This document shows positions 1-11,006 of a stretch of 64,000 bases of DNA, piece after piece. The stretch is from an uncultured Mycoplasmatota bacterium. Lineage in GTDB: Bacteria; Bacillota_I; Bacilli_A; RF39; UBA660. Positions within the stretch are counted from its first letter, which is position 1, and each line of letters opens with the position of its first letter. A model generated the notes under the pieces. The model had not been told where the DNA came from and did no database searches. It worked only from the letters and a program-made list of their open reading frames with translations. A program made the translations under genes and the position numbers. The stretch spans positions 155,880-219,879 of the forward strand of contig CAOJEH010000001.1 of assembly GCA_948434005.1 (NCBI GenBank), written 5' to 3'.

Positions 1-402
1 ATGGGTAGTCTATATACCAGTATATTACCAAATATTATATGTTCACAGGTAAAAGAAGCACTAAATAAAACTAAGGCTCCAATAATGTATTTATGTAATG
101 CCGTAACGCAACCAGGGGAGACAGATAATTATACAGTAGGAGATCATATAGAGTTGTTAAATAAATATTTAGATGAAAAGAAAATAGATGTTGTTATAGC
201 TAGTAATACTAAAATTGATAAACATATAGCTGAAAAATATGAAACAGAAGAAAGAAAAGATCCTATAGCGATAGATTATGTAAAATTAGATAAAATAGGT
301 GTTGAATTAATTGAAGCAGATTTAATAGTTGTAGAAGATAATGTGTTAAGACACGATAGTATGAAACTATGTTCTTTAATATTCACTTATTTGATGAGGT
401 AG
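1..402 (+). CDS. yvcK: YvcK/UPF0052 (CofD-like) gluconeogenesis-factor family protein, C-terminal part; 5' end lies outside the window
   Basis: The translation MYLCNAVTQPGETDNYTVGDHIELL...VLRHDSMKLCSLI matches the conserved YvcK C-terminus. It is followed directly by whiA, as in the Firmicute yvcJ-yvcK-whiA operon. Confidence 0.8.
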   Translation: MGSLYTSILPNIICSQVKEALNKTKAPIMYLCNAVTQPGETDNYTVGDHIELLNKYLDEKKIDVVIASNTKIDKHIAEKYETEERKDPIAIDYVKLDKIGVELIEADLIVVEDNVLRHDSMKLCSLIFTYLMR

Positions 403-406
403 AAAT

Positions 407-1345
407 ATGTCATATACTACAAATATAAAAAATGAAGTTGCATTTTTAGAAGAAACTAAGTCTGAGGCTATCGCAGAATTATCAGGATTTATAAGAAATA
501 ATAGTTATATAGAAGATAATAAATTATTTTTAACTACAGAAAATAAAAAGATAAAAGATAATATAGTAAATACTATAAAAAAAATATACGAAATAAATGT
601 AAGTGTAGAAATAAAGAATAATCTTAACTTTAGTAAAAAAGATTTATATTTAATAAGTATAGACCAAAAACTAGATTTTATTTTAAAAGATTTAGGAATT
701 TATAACAATGATATGAAATATTTAGATTCTCCCCCAAAATTTATAGTAGGCGCTAATGAAGAGATTAGAGCGTATTTAAGAGGTGTGTTTCTATCACAAG
801 GCAGTATAAATGATCCTAAAACATCTAGATATCATATGGAGTTATTAATATCCAAACCAGAAGAATCTGTTTTTGTTCAAAAATTATTAAATATATTTGA
901 TTTAAATGCAAAGATATTAAATAGAGACAAAGGTTATATGATATATATAAAAGAGGCAGAAAAAATAAGTGACTTTATTAAAATAATAGGTGCTACTAAA
1001 GCAGTACTTTATTTTGAAAATGTTAGAACATATCATGATAAGATAAATCATACAAATAGATTAAATAATTGTGAACAGGCAAATATAGATAAAGTAGTGA
1101 ATGCTGCTACAATCCAATTAAAGAATATAAAGGTTTTAGAAGATAATTTAGCAGTAGAGTTATTAGATGATAAAACAAAAGAAGCCTTGGATTATAGAAA
1201 AAAATATCCAGAGGCATCATTAAAAGAATTAAGTGAAATTATCTCTATAGAAACGGGTAATAAAATAACAAAGTCTGGATTAAATCATAGATTTAGAAAA
1301 ATAGGAGATTTAGCAAAGAGACTTAATGATAGTAATAAAAAATAG
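407..1345 (+). CDS. whiA: DNA-binding sporulation/cell-division regulator WhiA
   Basis: 312 aa with WhiA-like N-terminal and C-terminal HTH segments. RBS-spaced start 4 nt after the yvcK stop. Conserved yvcK-whiA synteny. Confidence 0.8.
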   Translation: MSYTTNIKNEVAFLEETKSEAIAELSGFIRNNSYIEDNKLFLTTENKKIKDNIVNTIKKIYEINVSVEIKNNLNFSKKDLYLISIDQKLDFILKDLGIYNNDMKYLDSPPKFIVGANEEIRAYLRGVFLSQGSINDPKTSRYHMELLISKPEESVFVQKLLNIFDLNAKILNRDKGYMIYIKEAEKISDFIKIIGATKAVLYFENVRTYHDKINHTNRLNNCEQANIDKVVNAATIQLKNIKVLEDNLAVELLDDKTKEALDYRKKYPEASLKELSEIISIETGNKITKSGLNHRFRKIGDLAKRLNDSNKK

Positions 1346-1476
1346 AGGAGATAATCAAAGTTGATTTTGACATAAACTTAAAAATATGTTATTATGAATA
1401 CGTCAAGGAAACTTGCATATAAATAAAAAAGGATACATTTGATTATGCGAATCAGATGTTATCCCTTAAATGGAGT

Positions 1477-1522
1477 GCATCTGAAATCAACTAATGTTGA
1501 AATCAGATGCTTTTTCTATTTT
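1477..1522 (+). terminator. Rho-independent terminator downstream of whiA
   Basis: Inverted repeat gcatctga..tcaac / gttga..tcagatgc followed by tttttctatttt. Confidence 0.5.
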
Positions 1523-1782
1523 AGAAGTAAAATAATTACTACTAAGAATAGGAGTAATATTATAATAAATAGAGGAAATTCTCTTTTTGGCATAAATACC
1601 ACCGCCTTTCTTTTATCTATTGATAAAGAAAAAGGAAAAGCATCTGATATATTTCAAATGTATCCGTAAACATTATATAAAACATTTGTTTTTGAAACAA
1701 TATTTTAACCATAATAATTTTATTTTCAATAGTAGATTTTTATTAATAGTACTAAACACTTTATGATGCATAATTAAATATA

Positions 1783-1808
1783 CCAAAAAAGATAGAAATC
1801 TATCTTTT
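1783..1808 (-). terminator. Intrinsic terminator of clpP (hairpin overlaps the stop codon)
   Basis: aagataga/tctatctt stem. The minus-strand RNA carries a U-run (A6 on the + strand at 1785-1790). Confidence 0.55.
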
Positions 1809-2384
1809 ATTCTTTGTAATAATTTTATCCACTATACCGTAATTTAGGGCTTCATCACTATCCATAAAGTTATCCCTTTCAGTATCTTGTTCTATTATTT
1901 TTATATCTTTACCTGTATTTTCTGAAAGTATTTTATTTAACTTATCTCTAGATTTTAATATCCTCTCAGCTGCTATTTTAATTTCAGTAGCTTGACCTTC
2001 TGCGCCACCTAATGGTTGATGAATCATTATCTCTGCATTAGGAAGAGCATATCTTTTCCCTTTAGTACCAGATGAGAGTAAAAATGCTCCCATAGATGCA
2101 GCCATACCTACACAAATTGTAGAAATATCACTATTAACTAAATTCATTGTATCATATATAGCCATACCCGATGTAATAGAACCACCTGGTGAATTTATAT
2201 ATATTGAAATATCATCATTACTTATAGAGTCAAGATATAAAAGTTCAGCTATTATACTACTTGCTAAACTATCATTTATTTCACCATTAAGTAAGATTAT
2301 TCTCTCTTTTAAAAGTCTAGAAAAAATATCATAACTTCTTTCACTATTGTTTTCTCTATCAATTACTATTGGAACTAAACTCAT
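1800..2384 (-). CDS. clpP: ATP-dependent Clp protease proteolytic subunit
   Basis: 194 aa. Typical ClpP sequence with the [11 protein letters not shown] serine-protease segment and an MIHQP histidine region. Confidence 0.92.
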   Translation of the reverse strand: MSLVPIVIDRENNSERSYDIFSRLLKERIILLNGEINDSLASSIIAELLYLDSISNDDISIYINSPGGSITSGMAIYDTMNLVNSDISTICVGMAASMGAFLLSSGTKGKRYALPNAEIMIHQPLGGAEGQATEIKIAAERILKSRDKLNKILSENTGKDIKIIEQDTERDNFMDSDEALNYGIVDKIITKNKR

Positions 2385-2488
2385 ATTATCACCTAATAAT
2401 ATTTTAGTGTAAACAAGATAAAATATACATATTATAAATCGGCAAAATATGATATAATTATCATGAATAGAATATAAAGGGTGATATT

Positions 2489-4141
2489 ATGGATGAAACA
2501 ATAAAAGTAACAATAAATGGAAAAATATATGAATATTTTAAAGGAATAACATTAGAAGAGATATCTAAATTATTCCAATCAGAACAAAAATATCCAATCC
2601 TTTTAGCTAGAGTTGATAATAGTATAAAAGAATTAACTTATCAAGTTACTAAAAATAAAGAAATAGAGTTTTTAGACTTAACTTCAAGAGAAGGAAATAG
2701 AACTCATATAAGTGGTTTAACTTTTGTAATTATATATGCAGTAAAAACACTATATGGTAGAAATGCAGATATAATAATTCAACATTCTCTAGATAAAGGA
2801 ATATATATAGAAACAAATTTTGAGCTTAATGAAGATAAAGTTAATCAAATAAAACAAGAGATGATAAGAATAATTACAAGTGATTTAGATATTACTAAAC
2901 TTACTATTGATAGATTAGAAGCTATAAAGTATTTTAAAACAGTAAATGACCTACCTAAAGCAGGAGTAATGAAATATAATACTAATAATTATATTACTTT
3001 ATATAGATTAGGAAATATATACAATTATTTTTATAATACTATGCCTACTTCTACAGGAAAACTTAAAGATTTTGATTTAACATATATTAAGGACAATGGA
3101 TTTATATTAAGATTTCCAACAACATATATAAATGATAAAATAAAAGAATATCAACATCATCCTCATATGTTTGATGTATTTAAAGAATGCAGAGAATGGG
3201 CAAAAATTATAAATATAGAAAACTCTGTTGATTTAAATAAAGTAGTTTCAAGTGGAAAAATAAATGATCTTATTAGAATAGATGAAACACTACAAAGTAA
3301 TAGATTATTAAATATTGCAACTAAAATAAGTCAAAATAAAAATATAAAGATAGTTTTAATGGCAGGCCCTTCATCATCTGGAAAAACAACAACATCTTTG
3401 AAACTTTCAATGTATCTAAGAAGTTGTGGATTAAAGATAAGAACTCTAGCAATGGATGATTATTTTAAAGATGTAAAAGATACTCCCCTAGGACCTGATG
3501 GAAAACCAGATTTTGAATGTTTAGAGGCAATGGACTTAGATCTTTTCAATGACCAAATAGAAAAATTACTTAATAATGAGGAAGTAACTTTACCAACATA
3601 TAATTTTATTTTAGGGATAAAAGAATATAAAAATAAAGCTAAGTTAGAAAAAAATGAAATACTAGTAATTGAAGGAATTCATGGATTAGATACTAATATT
3701 TTAACTAATATTCCTAGAAAGAATAAATTTAAAATATATCTATCTCCATTAACAGAAATAAATATGGATAATCATAATAGAGTATCAACATCGGATAATA
3801 GAATATTAAGAAGAATGATTAGAGATAATAGAACTAGAGGTTATGGTGTAGAGAAAACTTTGGAATCTTGGGCTAAAGTTAGGGGTGGAGAAGAAAAATA
3901 CATTTTCCCATATCAAGATGATGCGGATGTTACATTTAATACTGCTTTAATATATGAAATAGGAGTATTAAAAACATATGTAGAACCACTTCTATATTCT
4001 GTTGAGTCAGATTCAAAGTATTATGAAGAAGCTAAAAGATTAATAGATTTCTTACGATTATTCTTACCTATACCTAGTGATGCTATACCACAAGACTCTA
4101 TTATAAGAGAGTTCATTGGTGGAGGATGTTTTGGTATATAA
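2489..4141 (+). CDS. Uridine/cytidine kinase-family nucleoside kinase with N-terminal TGS/ThrRS-like domains
   Basis: P-loop GPSSSGKTTTS in the C-terminal half (PRK/uridine-kinase fold). The N-terminal ~250 aa resembles the ThrRS TGS and second-additional domains. 550 aa. Confidence 0.65.
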   Translation: MDETIKVTINGKIYEYFKGITLEEISKLFQSEQKYPILLARVDNSIKELTYQVTKNKEIEFLDLTSREGNRTHISGLTFVIIYAVKTLYGRNADIIIQHSLDKGIYIETNFELNEDKVNQIKQEMIRIITSDLDITKLTIDRLEAIKYFKTVNDLPKAGVMKYNTNNYITLYRLGNIYNYFYNTMPTSTGKLKDFDLTYIKDNGFILRFPTTYINDKIKEYQHHPHMFDVFKECREWAKIINIENSVDLNKVVSSGKINDLIRIDETLQSNRLLNIATKISQNKNIKIVLMAGPSSSGKTTTSLKLSMYLRSCGLKIRTLAMDDYFKDVKDTPLGPDGKPDFECLEAMDLDLFNDQIEKLLNNEEVTLPTYNFILGIKEYKNKAKLEKNEILVIEGIHGLDTNILTNIPRKNKFKIYLSPLTEINMDNHNRVSTSDNRILRRMIRDNRTRGYGVEKTLESWAKVRGGEEKYIFPYQDDADVTFNTALIYEIGVLKTYVEPLLYSVESDSKYYEEAKRLIDFLRLFLPIPSDAIPQDSIIREFIGGGCFGI

Positions 4142-4207
4142 AAAAATTAAATTAAAAATATAAATATATTGAAATAAAATGTGCAAAACTATATAATGAA
4201 ACTATAG

Positions 4208-5221
<1,014 letters not shown>

Positions 5222-5224
<3 letters not shown>

Positions 5225-5246
5225 ACTCAAATTGAGTTTTTTTCTT
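5222..5246 (+). terminator. Rho-independent terminator after gap
   Basis: aaactcaaattgagttt hairpin followed by ttttctt. Confidence 0.6.
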
Positions 5247-5319
5247 TATAAATGGTATCTACTTATATATATTTTGTATAAAATATGATAAAATAGTTAT
5301 TAAAGAGTGGAGGTATAAA

Positions 5320-6360
5320 ATGTATTGTAATAAGTGTGGTAAAAAACTAAAAGAAAATGCTAACTTCTGTAATAATTGCGGAAGCCCGGTAGAAAATAAA
5401 GTTGATGATAAATATGATTATAATAAAACTAGTAGTATAAATGATGAGGATTTAATAAAAGCATATGTAGGTAATAATTATTATTCAATTAAAAATACTA
5501 AATTCTCTATCCCAACCTTTTTCTTAGGTACATATTATTTTTTATATAGAAAAATGTGGTTACAGGTATTATTAGTAATTCTTATTTCTATAGCAAGCTT
5601 AGTTATATCTATAGTAACTGAAATGTGGTATATTTCATTTGCTACAAGTTTATATATGATATTTATATCTATTAAGTTTAGTGATATTTATTTAGATACA
5701 GTTAGAAAAAGAGTAGAAAAAATAAAAATGAATAATCCAGATAAAACTAGTAAAGAACTATTAGATATATGTAAATCTAAAGGTGGAGTTAGCGTTTTAG
5801 CTGTAGTGATAACTGTTATATTTATATTACCTATTGTATTATTTGTAACATTTTTTACAATACTATATGGAGTATTTGAGGGTATAGATGAAGGATTATT
5901 TGATAATTATAAATCTGATATTAAAAATGAAAGCGAATTAGATTACGATATACCAGATATTTATAAGAAAAATGATAATTCATATAATAGTGATACATAT
6001 CAAAGTTATCATTATAATGATTCGAAAAGTTCGTGTAGTATTAGTATAACTAATTATACTACATATAGTAATAAGTCTATAGAAGAACATTTAAAAGATA
6101 ATGTTATATCTAGTATGAATGAAGATGTAAGTGAAATTAAAAACGAAACTATTAATAATTATAAGTGGAGTTCTGTAGAAATAAATAGTAAGGAAAAAAA
6201 GGAATATAAATATGCATCTGTATATAATGAAAGACTTTATATAGTAAGCTATGTCATTAAGAAGGATAATAATAAATTATGTTCTAATGGATATAATACA
6301 TTTATAAAATCATTAAGATTCAATTTAGATAAAAGTGGTGTTGATAATAATACAGTTTAG
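5320..6360 (+). CDS. Zinc-ribbon (CxxC...CxxC) membrane protein, function unknown
   Basis: N-terminal CNKCGKK...CNNCGSP zinc ribbon. Hydrophobic segments around aa 80-190. Ser/Asn/Tyr-rich C-terminal domain. Confidence 0.5.
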   Translation: MYCNKCGKKLKENANFCNNCGSPVENKVDDKYDYNKTSSINDEDLIKAYVGNNYYSIKNTKFSIPTFFLGTYYFLYRKMWLQVLLVILISIASLVISIVTEMWYISFATSLYMIFISIKFSDIYLDTVRKRVEKIKMNNPDKTSKELLDICKSKGGVSVLAVVITVIFILPIVLFVTFFTILYGVFEGIDEGLFDNYKSDIKNESELDYDIPDIYKKNDNSYNSDTYQSYHYNDSKSSCSISITNYTTYSNKSIEEHLKDNVISSMNEDVSEIKNETINNYKWSSVEINSKEKKEYKYASVYNERLYIVSYVIKKDNNKLCSNGYNTFIKSLRFNLDKSGVDNNTV

Positions 6361-6371
6361 GATGGTGACAT

Positions 6372-7544
6372 ATGAAAACAATAAATGATTTAGAATTAGA
6401 AGATAAAAAAGTATTAATAAGATGTGATTTTAATGTACCTATAAAAAGAGGAAAGATTATAGATGATACTCGTATAAAAGAAAGCTTAAAAACTATTAAT
6501 TATTGTATTGATAAAGGTTCAAAGTTAATTTTATTTTCACATTTAGGTAGAATAAAAGAAGAGTCTGATAAAAAAGATAAGTCTTTAAAACCAGTAGCAG
6601 AAAGATTAAGTGAACTATTAAATAAAAAGGTAATATTTATTAATGAAACAAGAGGAAAGAAATTAGAATCGGCAATTGATAAATTAAAAAATGGAGATGT
6701 CTTATTAGTAGAGAATACTAGATTTGAAGACTTGGATGGCAAAAAGGAAAGTAAAAATGATAAAGAATTAGGTAAATACTGGGCTTCTTTAGGAGATGTA
6801 TTTATAAATGATGCATTTGGTACTGTACATAGAGAGCACGCATCAAATGTTGGAATATCTTCAAATATTGATAGTGCTATAGGATTTCTTGTTGAAAAGG
6901 AGTTAAACATTTTATCGGAACTAAAATGCCCTAATAAACCATTTATACTAATTTTAGGTGGCAGTAAAGTTAATGATAAAATAGGTGTTATTAAAAAACT
7001 TGTTAAAAAAGCAGACTATATTTTAATAGGCGGTGGAATGGCATTTACTTTCTTACAGAGTGAAGGTTTTAATATTGGTAATTCAATATTAGATACAGAT
7101 AGTATTGATTTTTGTAGAGATATTTTAGAGAAATATCCAAATAAGATATTACTTCCAGTGGATGTTAATGTATCAACTGAATTTAGTAATAAAAAAGAAT
7201 CTATTACTAGAGGCATAACAGAAATAGATGATGAAGAAATGGGGTTAGATATAGGAGAAAATACTGTAAAACTATATGAGGATTATTTAAAAAATGCTAA
7301 AACAGTATTATGGAATGGACCTTTAGGAGTATATGAATTTAGTAAGTATAAGAAGTCTACTAACAAGATTTTAAAATATTTAGTAGATAATAATATCAAA
7401 ACTATTTTAGGTGGAGGAGATATTGTTGCAGCAGCAGCCAGTGCTAAACTAAAAGATAAGGTTTATCATGCCTCAACAGGAGGGGGAGCAACACTAGAAT
7501 ATTTAGAAGGTAAAAAACTACCAGGTGTGGAAGCAATAAAGTAG
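6372..7544 (+). CDS. pgk: Phosphoglycerate kinase
   Basis: RCDFNVP N-terminal motif and a GGGDxxAA-type C-terminal motif (GGGDIVAAA). 390 aa. Confidence 0.95.
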   Translation: MKTINDLELEDKKVLIRCDFNVPIKRGKIIDDTRIKESLKTINYCIDKGSKLILFSHLGRIKEESDKKDKSLKPVAERLSELLNKKVIFINETRGKKLESAIDKLKNGDVLLVENTRFEDLDGKKESKNDKELGKYWASLGDVFINDAFGTVHREHASNVGISSNIDSAIGFLVEKELNILSELKCPNKPFILILGGSKVNDKIGVIKKLVKKADYILIGGGMAFTFLQSEGFNIGNSILDTDSIDFCRDILEKYPNKILLPVDVNVSTEFSNKKESITRGITEIDDEEMGLDIGENTVKLYEDYLKNAKTVLWNGPLGVYEFSKYKKSTNKILKYLVDNNIKTILGGGDIVAAAASAKLKDKVYHASTGGGATLEYLEGKKLPGVEAIK

Positions 7545-7552
7545 GTGATTAT

Positions 7553-8002
7553 ATGAAGTTAGTAGCTTTAGCAAAAGGTGATAAAGCATTAACTAGTAAA
7601 CTAGAAACATTTCAAGTAAAAACAGGTAAAGACTTAAATTTTTTGGATAAGATAAATGGAAGATTTTCTTCAATGGAAGTACACGATTTAGTTTATTATG
7701 AAAAACCAGATGGAATAAGTAATATATGTTACTTTAAAGGAAATAAAGATAATAGATTAGTTAATCTAGAAATAACTAATTTAAATAATTCACAAGTTAA
7801 AACAAATCAGGATTTTGTAAAAGCTGCTACTGAGTATGCCTTTACAGTTTTAGATGCAGAAACCGTAACAATAATTTCAAATGAATGTAGTGAGAAAGAT
7901 TTAGTAAACATCGGATATGAACCTCTAGGTAAACACAATGGTATTAATACTTATGTTATCGATAAAGAAGAACAAATAGAAGTGGGAGCAGTTATAAAAT
8001 GA
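7553..8002 (+). CDS. Hypothetical protein, possibly a GNAT-fold acetyltransferase
   Basis: C-terminal ...ATEYAFTVLDAETVTIISNECSEKDLVNIGYEPLG resembles the GNAT C-terminal beta-alpha-beta. No clear Q/RxxGxG/A motif. Confidence 0.3.
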   Translation: MKLVALAKGDKALTSKLETFQVKTGKDLNFLDKINGRFSSMEVHDLVYYEKPDGISNICYFKGNKDNRLVNLEITNLNNSQVKTNQDFVKAATEYAFTVLDAETVTIISNECSEKDLVNIGYEPLGKHNGINTYVIDKEEQIEVGAVIK

Positions 8003-9006
8003 AGTTAATGGATAATATCAAAAAGAATACTTTTATAATATTAATAATAACTATTATTGTAATGTATTTTGTTTTAAGAGCAGATTTTAGTAATATAGTA
8101 AATACACTACTAACAGTAGATATTAAATATATCATATTAGCTATTATAGTCTTTTTCTTATCATTATTTTTTAAAGCATATATATCATATAAAACAGTTG
8201 ATGATAAAGAAAAATATTCATTATTAGAGGCTTTTAAACATAATGTTATCATTCAATTCTTTAATGGAGTTACACCATTTTCTACAGGTGGACAACCTAT
8301 GGAAATATATATGCTTACAGAGCATAAAATTAATGCCAATAGAGGAACTATGATAACTTTGCAAAATTTTATATTCTATCAAATTGCATTAGTATTATTT
8401 GGTCTAGGAGCAGTAATATATAATTCTATTTATGATATATTTCCAAAAGTACCTATTTTAAGAGAATTAGTTTTAATAGGTTTTATAGTAAATACCCTTG
8501 TAGCAGTAGCAATAATTTTAGTTTCTATATCAAAAAGATTTACAAAAGCCTTTGTTAAAATAATTATAAATATTTTATCAAAACTTAAACTAGTAAAAAA
8601 TAAAGAAAAAACAAGCAATAATTGGAATAATAGATTAAATGAATTCCATGAATGTGCAAAATATTTAAGAAAAAAGAAATTACTATTTATTGTAGGAGTA
8701 CTATTTAATATATTATCATTAGCGTGTTTATATATAATTCCTCTTTTTATAGCGTATAGTATGGGTGATTTTACTAGCCTAAATATAGAAAATACTTTAA
8801 CTGCATCAGCATATGTATTATTAATGGGAGCCTTTGTACCAATACCTGGAGCAAGTGGAGGTATAGAGTATGGTTTCTTATCATTTTATAGTAATTTTCT
8901 TACCAAAAGTAAAGTAAGTGTAGTACTATTAATATGGAGATTTATCACCTACTATATGCCAATGATTATAGGTGCTATAGTATTTAATCTAGACGAAAGG
9001 AAGTAA
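7999..9006 (+). CDS. UPF0104/LPG-synthase-TM (flippase-like) integral membrane protein
   Basis: About 8 predicted TM segments and a GG/GGIEYGF glycine-rich motif. Overlaps the upstream ORF by 4 nt and lies 5 nt upstream of a GT4 gene, a typical glycolipid pair. Confidence 0.5.
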   Translation: MKLMDNIKKNTFIILIITIIVMYFVLRADFSNIVNTLLTVDIKYIILAIIVFFLSLFFKAYISYKTVDDKEKYSLLEAFKHNVIIQFFNGVTPFSTGGQPMEIYMLTEHKINANRGTMITLQNFIFYQIALVLFGLGAVIYNSIYDIFPKVPILRELVLIGFIVNTLVAVAIILVSISKRFTKAFVKIIINILSKLKLVKNKEKTSNNWNNRLNEFHECAKYLRKKKLLFIVGVLFNILSLACLYIIPLFIAYSMGDFTSLNIENTLTASAYVLLMGAFVPIPGASGGIEYGFLSFYSNFLTKSKVSVVLLIWRFITYYMPMIIGAIVFNLDERK

Positions 9007-9010
9007 CATT

Positions 9011-10237
9011 ATGAGAATAGGATTATTTACAGATACTTATCCACCACAAATAAATGGTGTATCAACAAGTGTTCAAATGTTAAAAAATGCTTTAGAAAAA
9101 CAAGGTCATGAAGTATATGTAATAACATCTAATGCTAGTTCTATTAAATATAATTACGAAGAAGCTGAACATATAATTAGAATTCCAGGAATTCCAACAG
9201 GTATATATGATTATAGATTAACTCAAATTTATCCATTAAAAATAATAAACTTAATGAAGAGCTGGAAGTTAGAAGTAATTCATTCTCATACAGAATTTGG
9301 TGTAGGTATATTTGCTAGATTATTTGCTAAACAGTTTAATATACCATTAGTTCATACTTATCATACTATGTATGAAGATTATACTCATTATATAACTCAT
9401 GGTTATTTTGAAAAAACAAGTAAAAAAATAGTTGAATACCTAACAAAATTCTATTGTGATAAAACTGCATCAGAACTTATAGTACCTACAAATAAAACTT
9501 ATAATTTGTTTAAAGAAAAGTATAAATTTGATAAAAATATTCATATTGTTCCTACAGGAATTGAAGTTGAAAGATTTTTTAAAGAAAATGTAAATTTAGA
9601 AATTGCCCAAAATCTACGAAAAAAATTAGGATATACAAAAAAAGATATAGTGTTATTATTTGTTGGTAGAATAGCGCAAGAAAAGAATATAGAATTTTTA
9701 TTAAGAGCAGAACAAAAAATACTACAAAAGAATAAAAATATTAAATTACTAATAGTAGGAGATGGACCTGATAAACAAAATTTTGAGAATTTATCAAAAG
9801 ATTTAAAAATAGATAAGAATGTTATATTTGTAGGAAAGGTCCCTTGGGATGAAACAGAGTACTATTATAATATATCAGATATATTTGTAACTGCATCAAC
9901 TACAGAAACTCAAGGATTAACAATTATAGAAGCTATGGCTGCATCAACCCCACCAGTATGTATAAATGATGAAGCATTCGTAGATACTATAACTAATAAT
10001 TTAAATGGTTATATATTTAATAATGAAGATGAGTATTGTGATATTATTTTAAAACTTACTAAAGATAAGGATATGAGACTAAAAACAGGTAAACAAGCTA
10101 GAATTCAGTCTGAACATCTTTCTTCTAAGCAATTTGCAAGTAATGTTTTATTAGTATATGAACATGCTATCGCAAATAGTAAAAACTATCGTTACGGACT
10201 AATATCACAAATAGTAGAAAAAATAAGAGGAGAATAA
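9011..10237 (+). CDS. Family-4 glycosyltransferase (diacylglycerol glycosyltransferase-like)
   Basis: GT-B fold with an EX7E motif (ETQGLTIIEAMAAS), an N-terminal GGV-like segment and a DGP motif. 408 aa. Confidence 0.75.
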   Translation: MRIGLFTDTYPPQINGVSTSVQMLKNALEKQGHEVYVITSNASSIKYNYEEAEHIIRIPGIPTGIYDYRLTQIYPLKIINLMKSWKLEVIHSHTEFGVGIFARLFAKQFNIPLVHTYHTMYEDYTHYITHGYFEKTSKKIVEYLTKFYCDKTASELIVPTNKTYNLFKEKYKFDKNIHIVPTGIEVERFFKENVNLEIAQNLRKKLGYTKKDIVLLFVGRIAQEKNIEFLLRAEQKILQKNKNIKLLIVGDGPDKQNFENLSKDLKIDKNVIFVGKVPWDETEYYYNISDIFVTASTTETQGLTIIEAMAASTPPVCINDEAFVDTITNNLNGYIFNNEDEYCDIILKLTKDKDMRLKTGKQARIQSEHLSSKQFASNVLLVYEHAIANSKNYRYGLISQIVEKIRGE

Positions 10238-10238
10238 T

Positions 10239-10931
10239 ATGCTAGTAGTATTAAATAATAAATGTAATTTTGAAAAAGAAAGTTTTAAAAAATACATAAA
10301 AGAACTAAATAAAATAACAACTGCAAATGAAGTAGTATTGTGTCCTAGTAATATATTTTTAAGTGATGTAAAACTAAAAAGAAAGTTTCTTGGAAGTCAG
10401 GATGTTAGTAAAAATAGTAGTGGTTCGTATACTGGTGAAGTTTCAGCAAAACAGTTAAAAAGCATTAATGTAGATTACTGTATAGTAGGACATAGTGAAA
10501 GAAGATTAAATAATAGAGAAACAAATGAAGATATAAATTTAAAAATAAAAGAACTCTTAAAATATAATATAACGCCAATATTATGTACAGGTGAGGCCAA
10601 AGACGAAAGACTTAATAATAAAACTAAATCTGTAATAAAAAAGGAGTTGCAAGCTTGTCTAAAAAATATAGATAAAAAAGAAAAAGTAATTATATCTTAC
10701 GAACCATTATGGGCTATTGGAACAGATGATATTCCAACGTCTTCAGAAATAGAAGAAGTTATAGTATGTATTAAAGATATCCTACCAAATAATAGAGTAT
10801 TATATGGAGGAAGTGTAACGGAAGAAAATATAAAAGAATTAAATAAGACAAATTTAATTGATGGTTATTTATTAGGTAGAGTAAGCCTATATCCAAAAAG
10901 AGTAAAGAAATTATTAGAAGAAATAAAATAA
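10239..10931 (+). CDS. tpiA: Triosephosphate isomerase (short, divergent)
   Basis: NNKCN aligns with the NWKMN catalytic Lys motif. GHSERR His motif and YEPLWAIGT Glu motif are present, as is YGGSV. 230 aa (about 20 aa shorter than usual). Confidence 0.7.
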   Translation: MLVVLNNKCNFEKESFKKYIKELNKITTANEVVLCPSNIFLSDVKLKRKFLGSQDVSKNSSGSYTGEVSAKQLKSINVDYCIVGHSERRLNNRETNEDINLKIKELLKYNITPILCTGEAKDERLNNKTKSVIKKELQACLKNIDKKEKVIISYEPLWAIGTDDIPTSSEIEEVIVCIKDILPNNRVLYGGSVTEENIKELNKTNLIDGYLLGRVSLYPKRVKKLLEEIK

Positions 10932-11006
10932 TATTTCTTTTTCTTTTGTAATAAAAAAATATTTCCTCCATATAATTAAATGAAACTAAAAATATGGGGT
11001 GAATAA

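Noticed and set aside
1439-1669. 76-aa ORF between whiA and clpP
   Set aside because: No RBS and odd composition. The region contains the whiA terminator hairpin, so it is probably non-coding intergenic sequence.
6500-7216. Antisense ORFs inside pgk (6500..6910, 7016..7216), and similar track ORFs at 7992..8252, 8430..8618, 10771..10971, 19546..19755, 19984..20202, 20634..20921, 22200..22385, 32592..32831, 44641..44829, 48274..48525, 49090..49290, 57061..57267, 59822..60013, 61121..61468
   Set aside because: Each lies opposite a well-supported gene. They are low-complexity translations of an AT-rich antisense strand (Leu/Ile/Phe/Ser-rich) with no RBS or motif, so they are spurious.
10239-10931. 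Suspicion that the short tpi lacks the catalytic Lys and is a pseudo-enzyme
   Set aside because: Alignment of LNNKCNF with GNWKMNG places a Lys at the catalytic position. The His (GHSERR) and Glu (YEPLW) are also present, so it is treated as a divergent but probably functional TPI.
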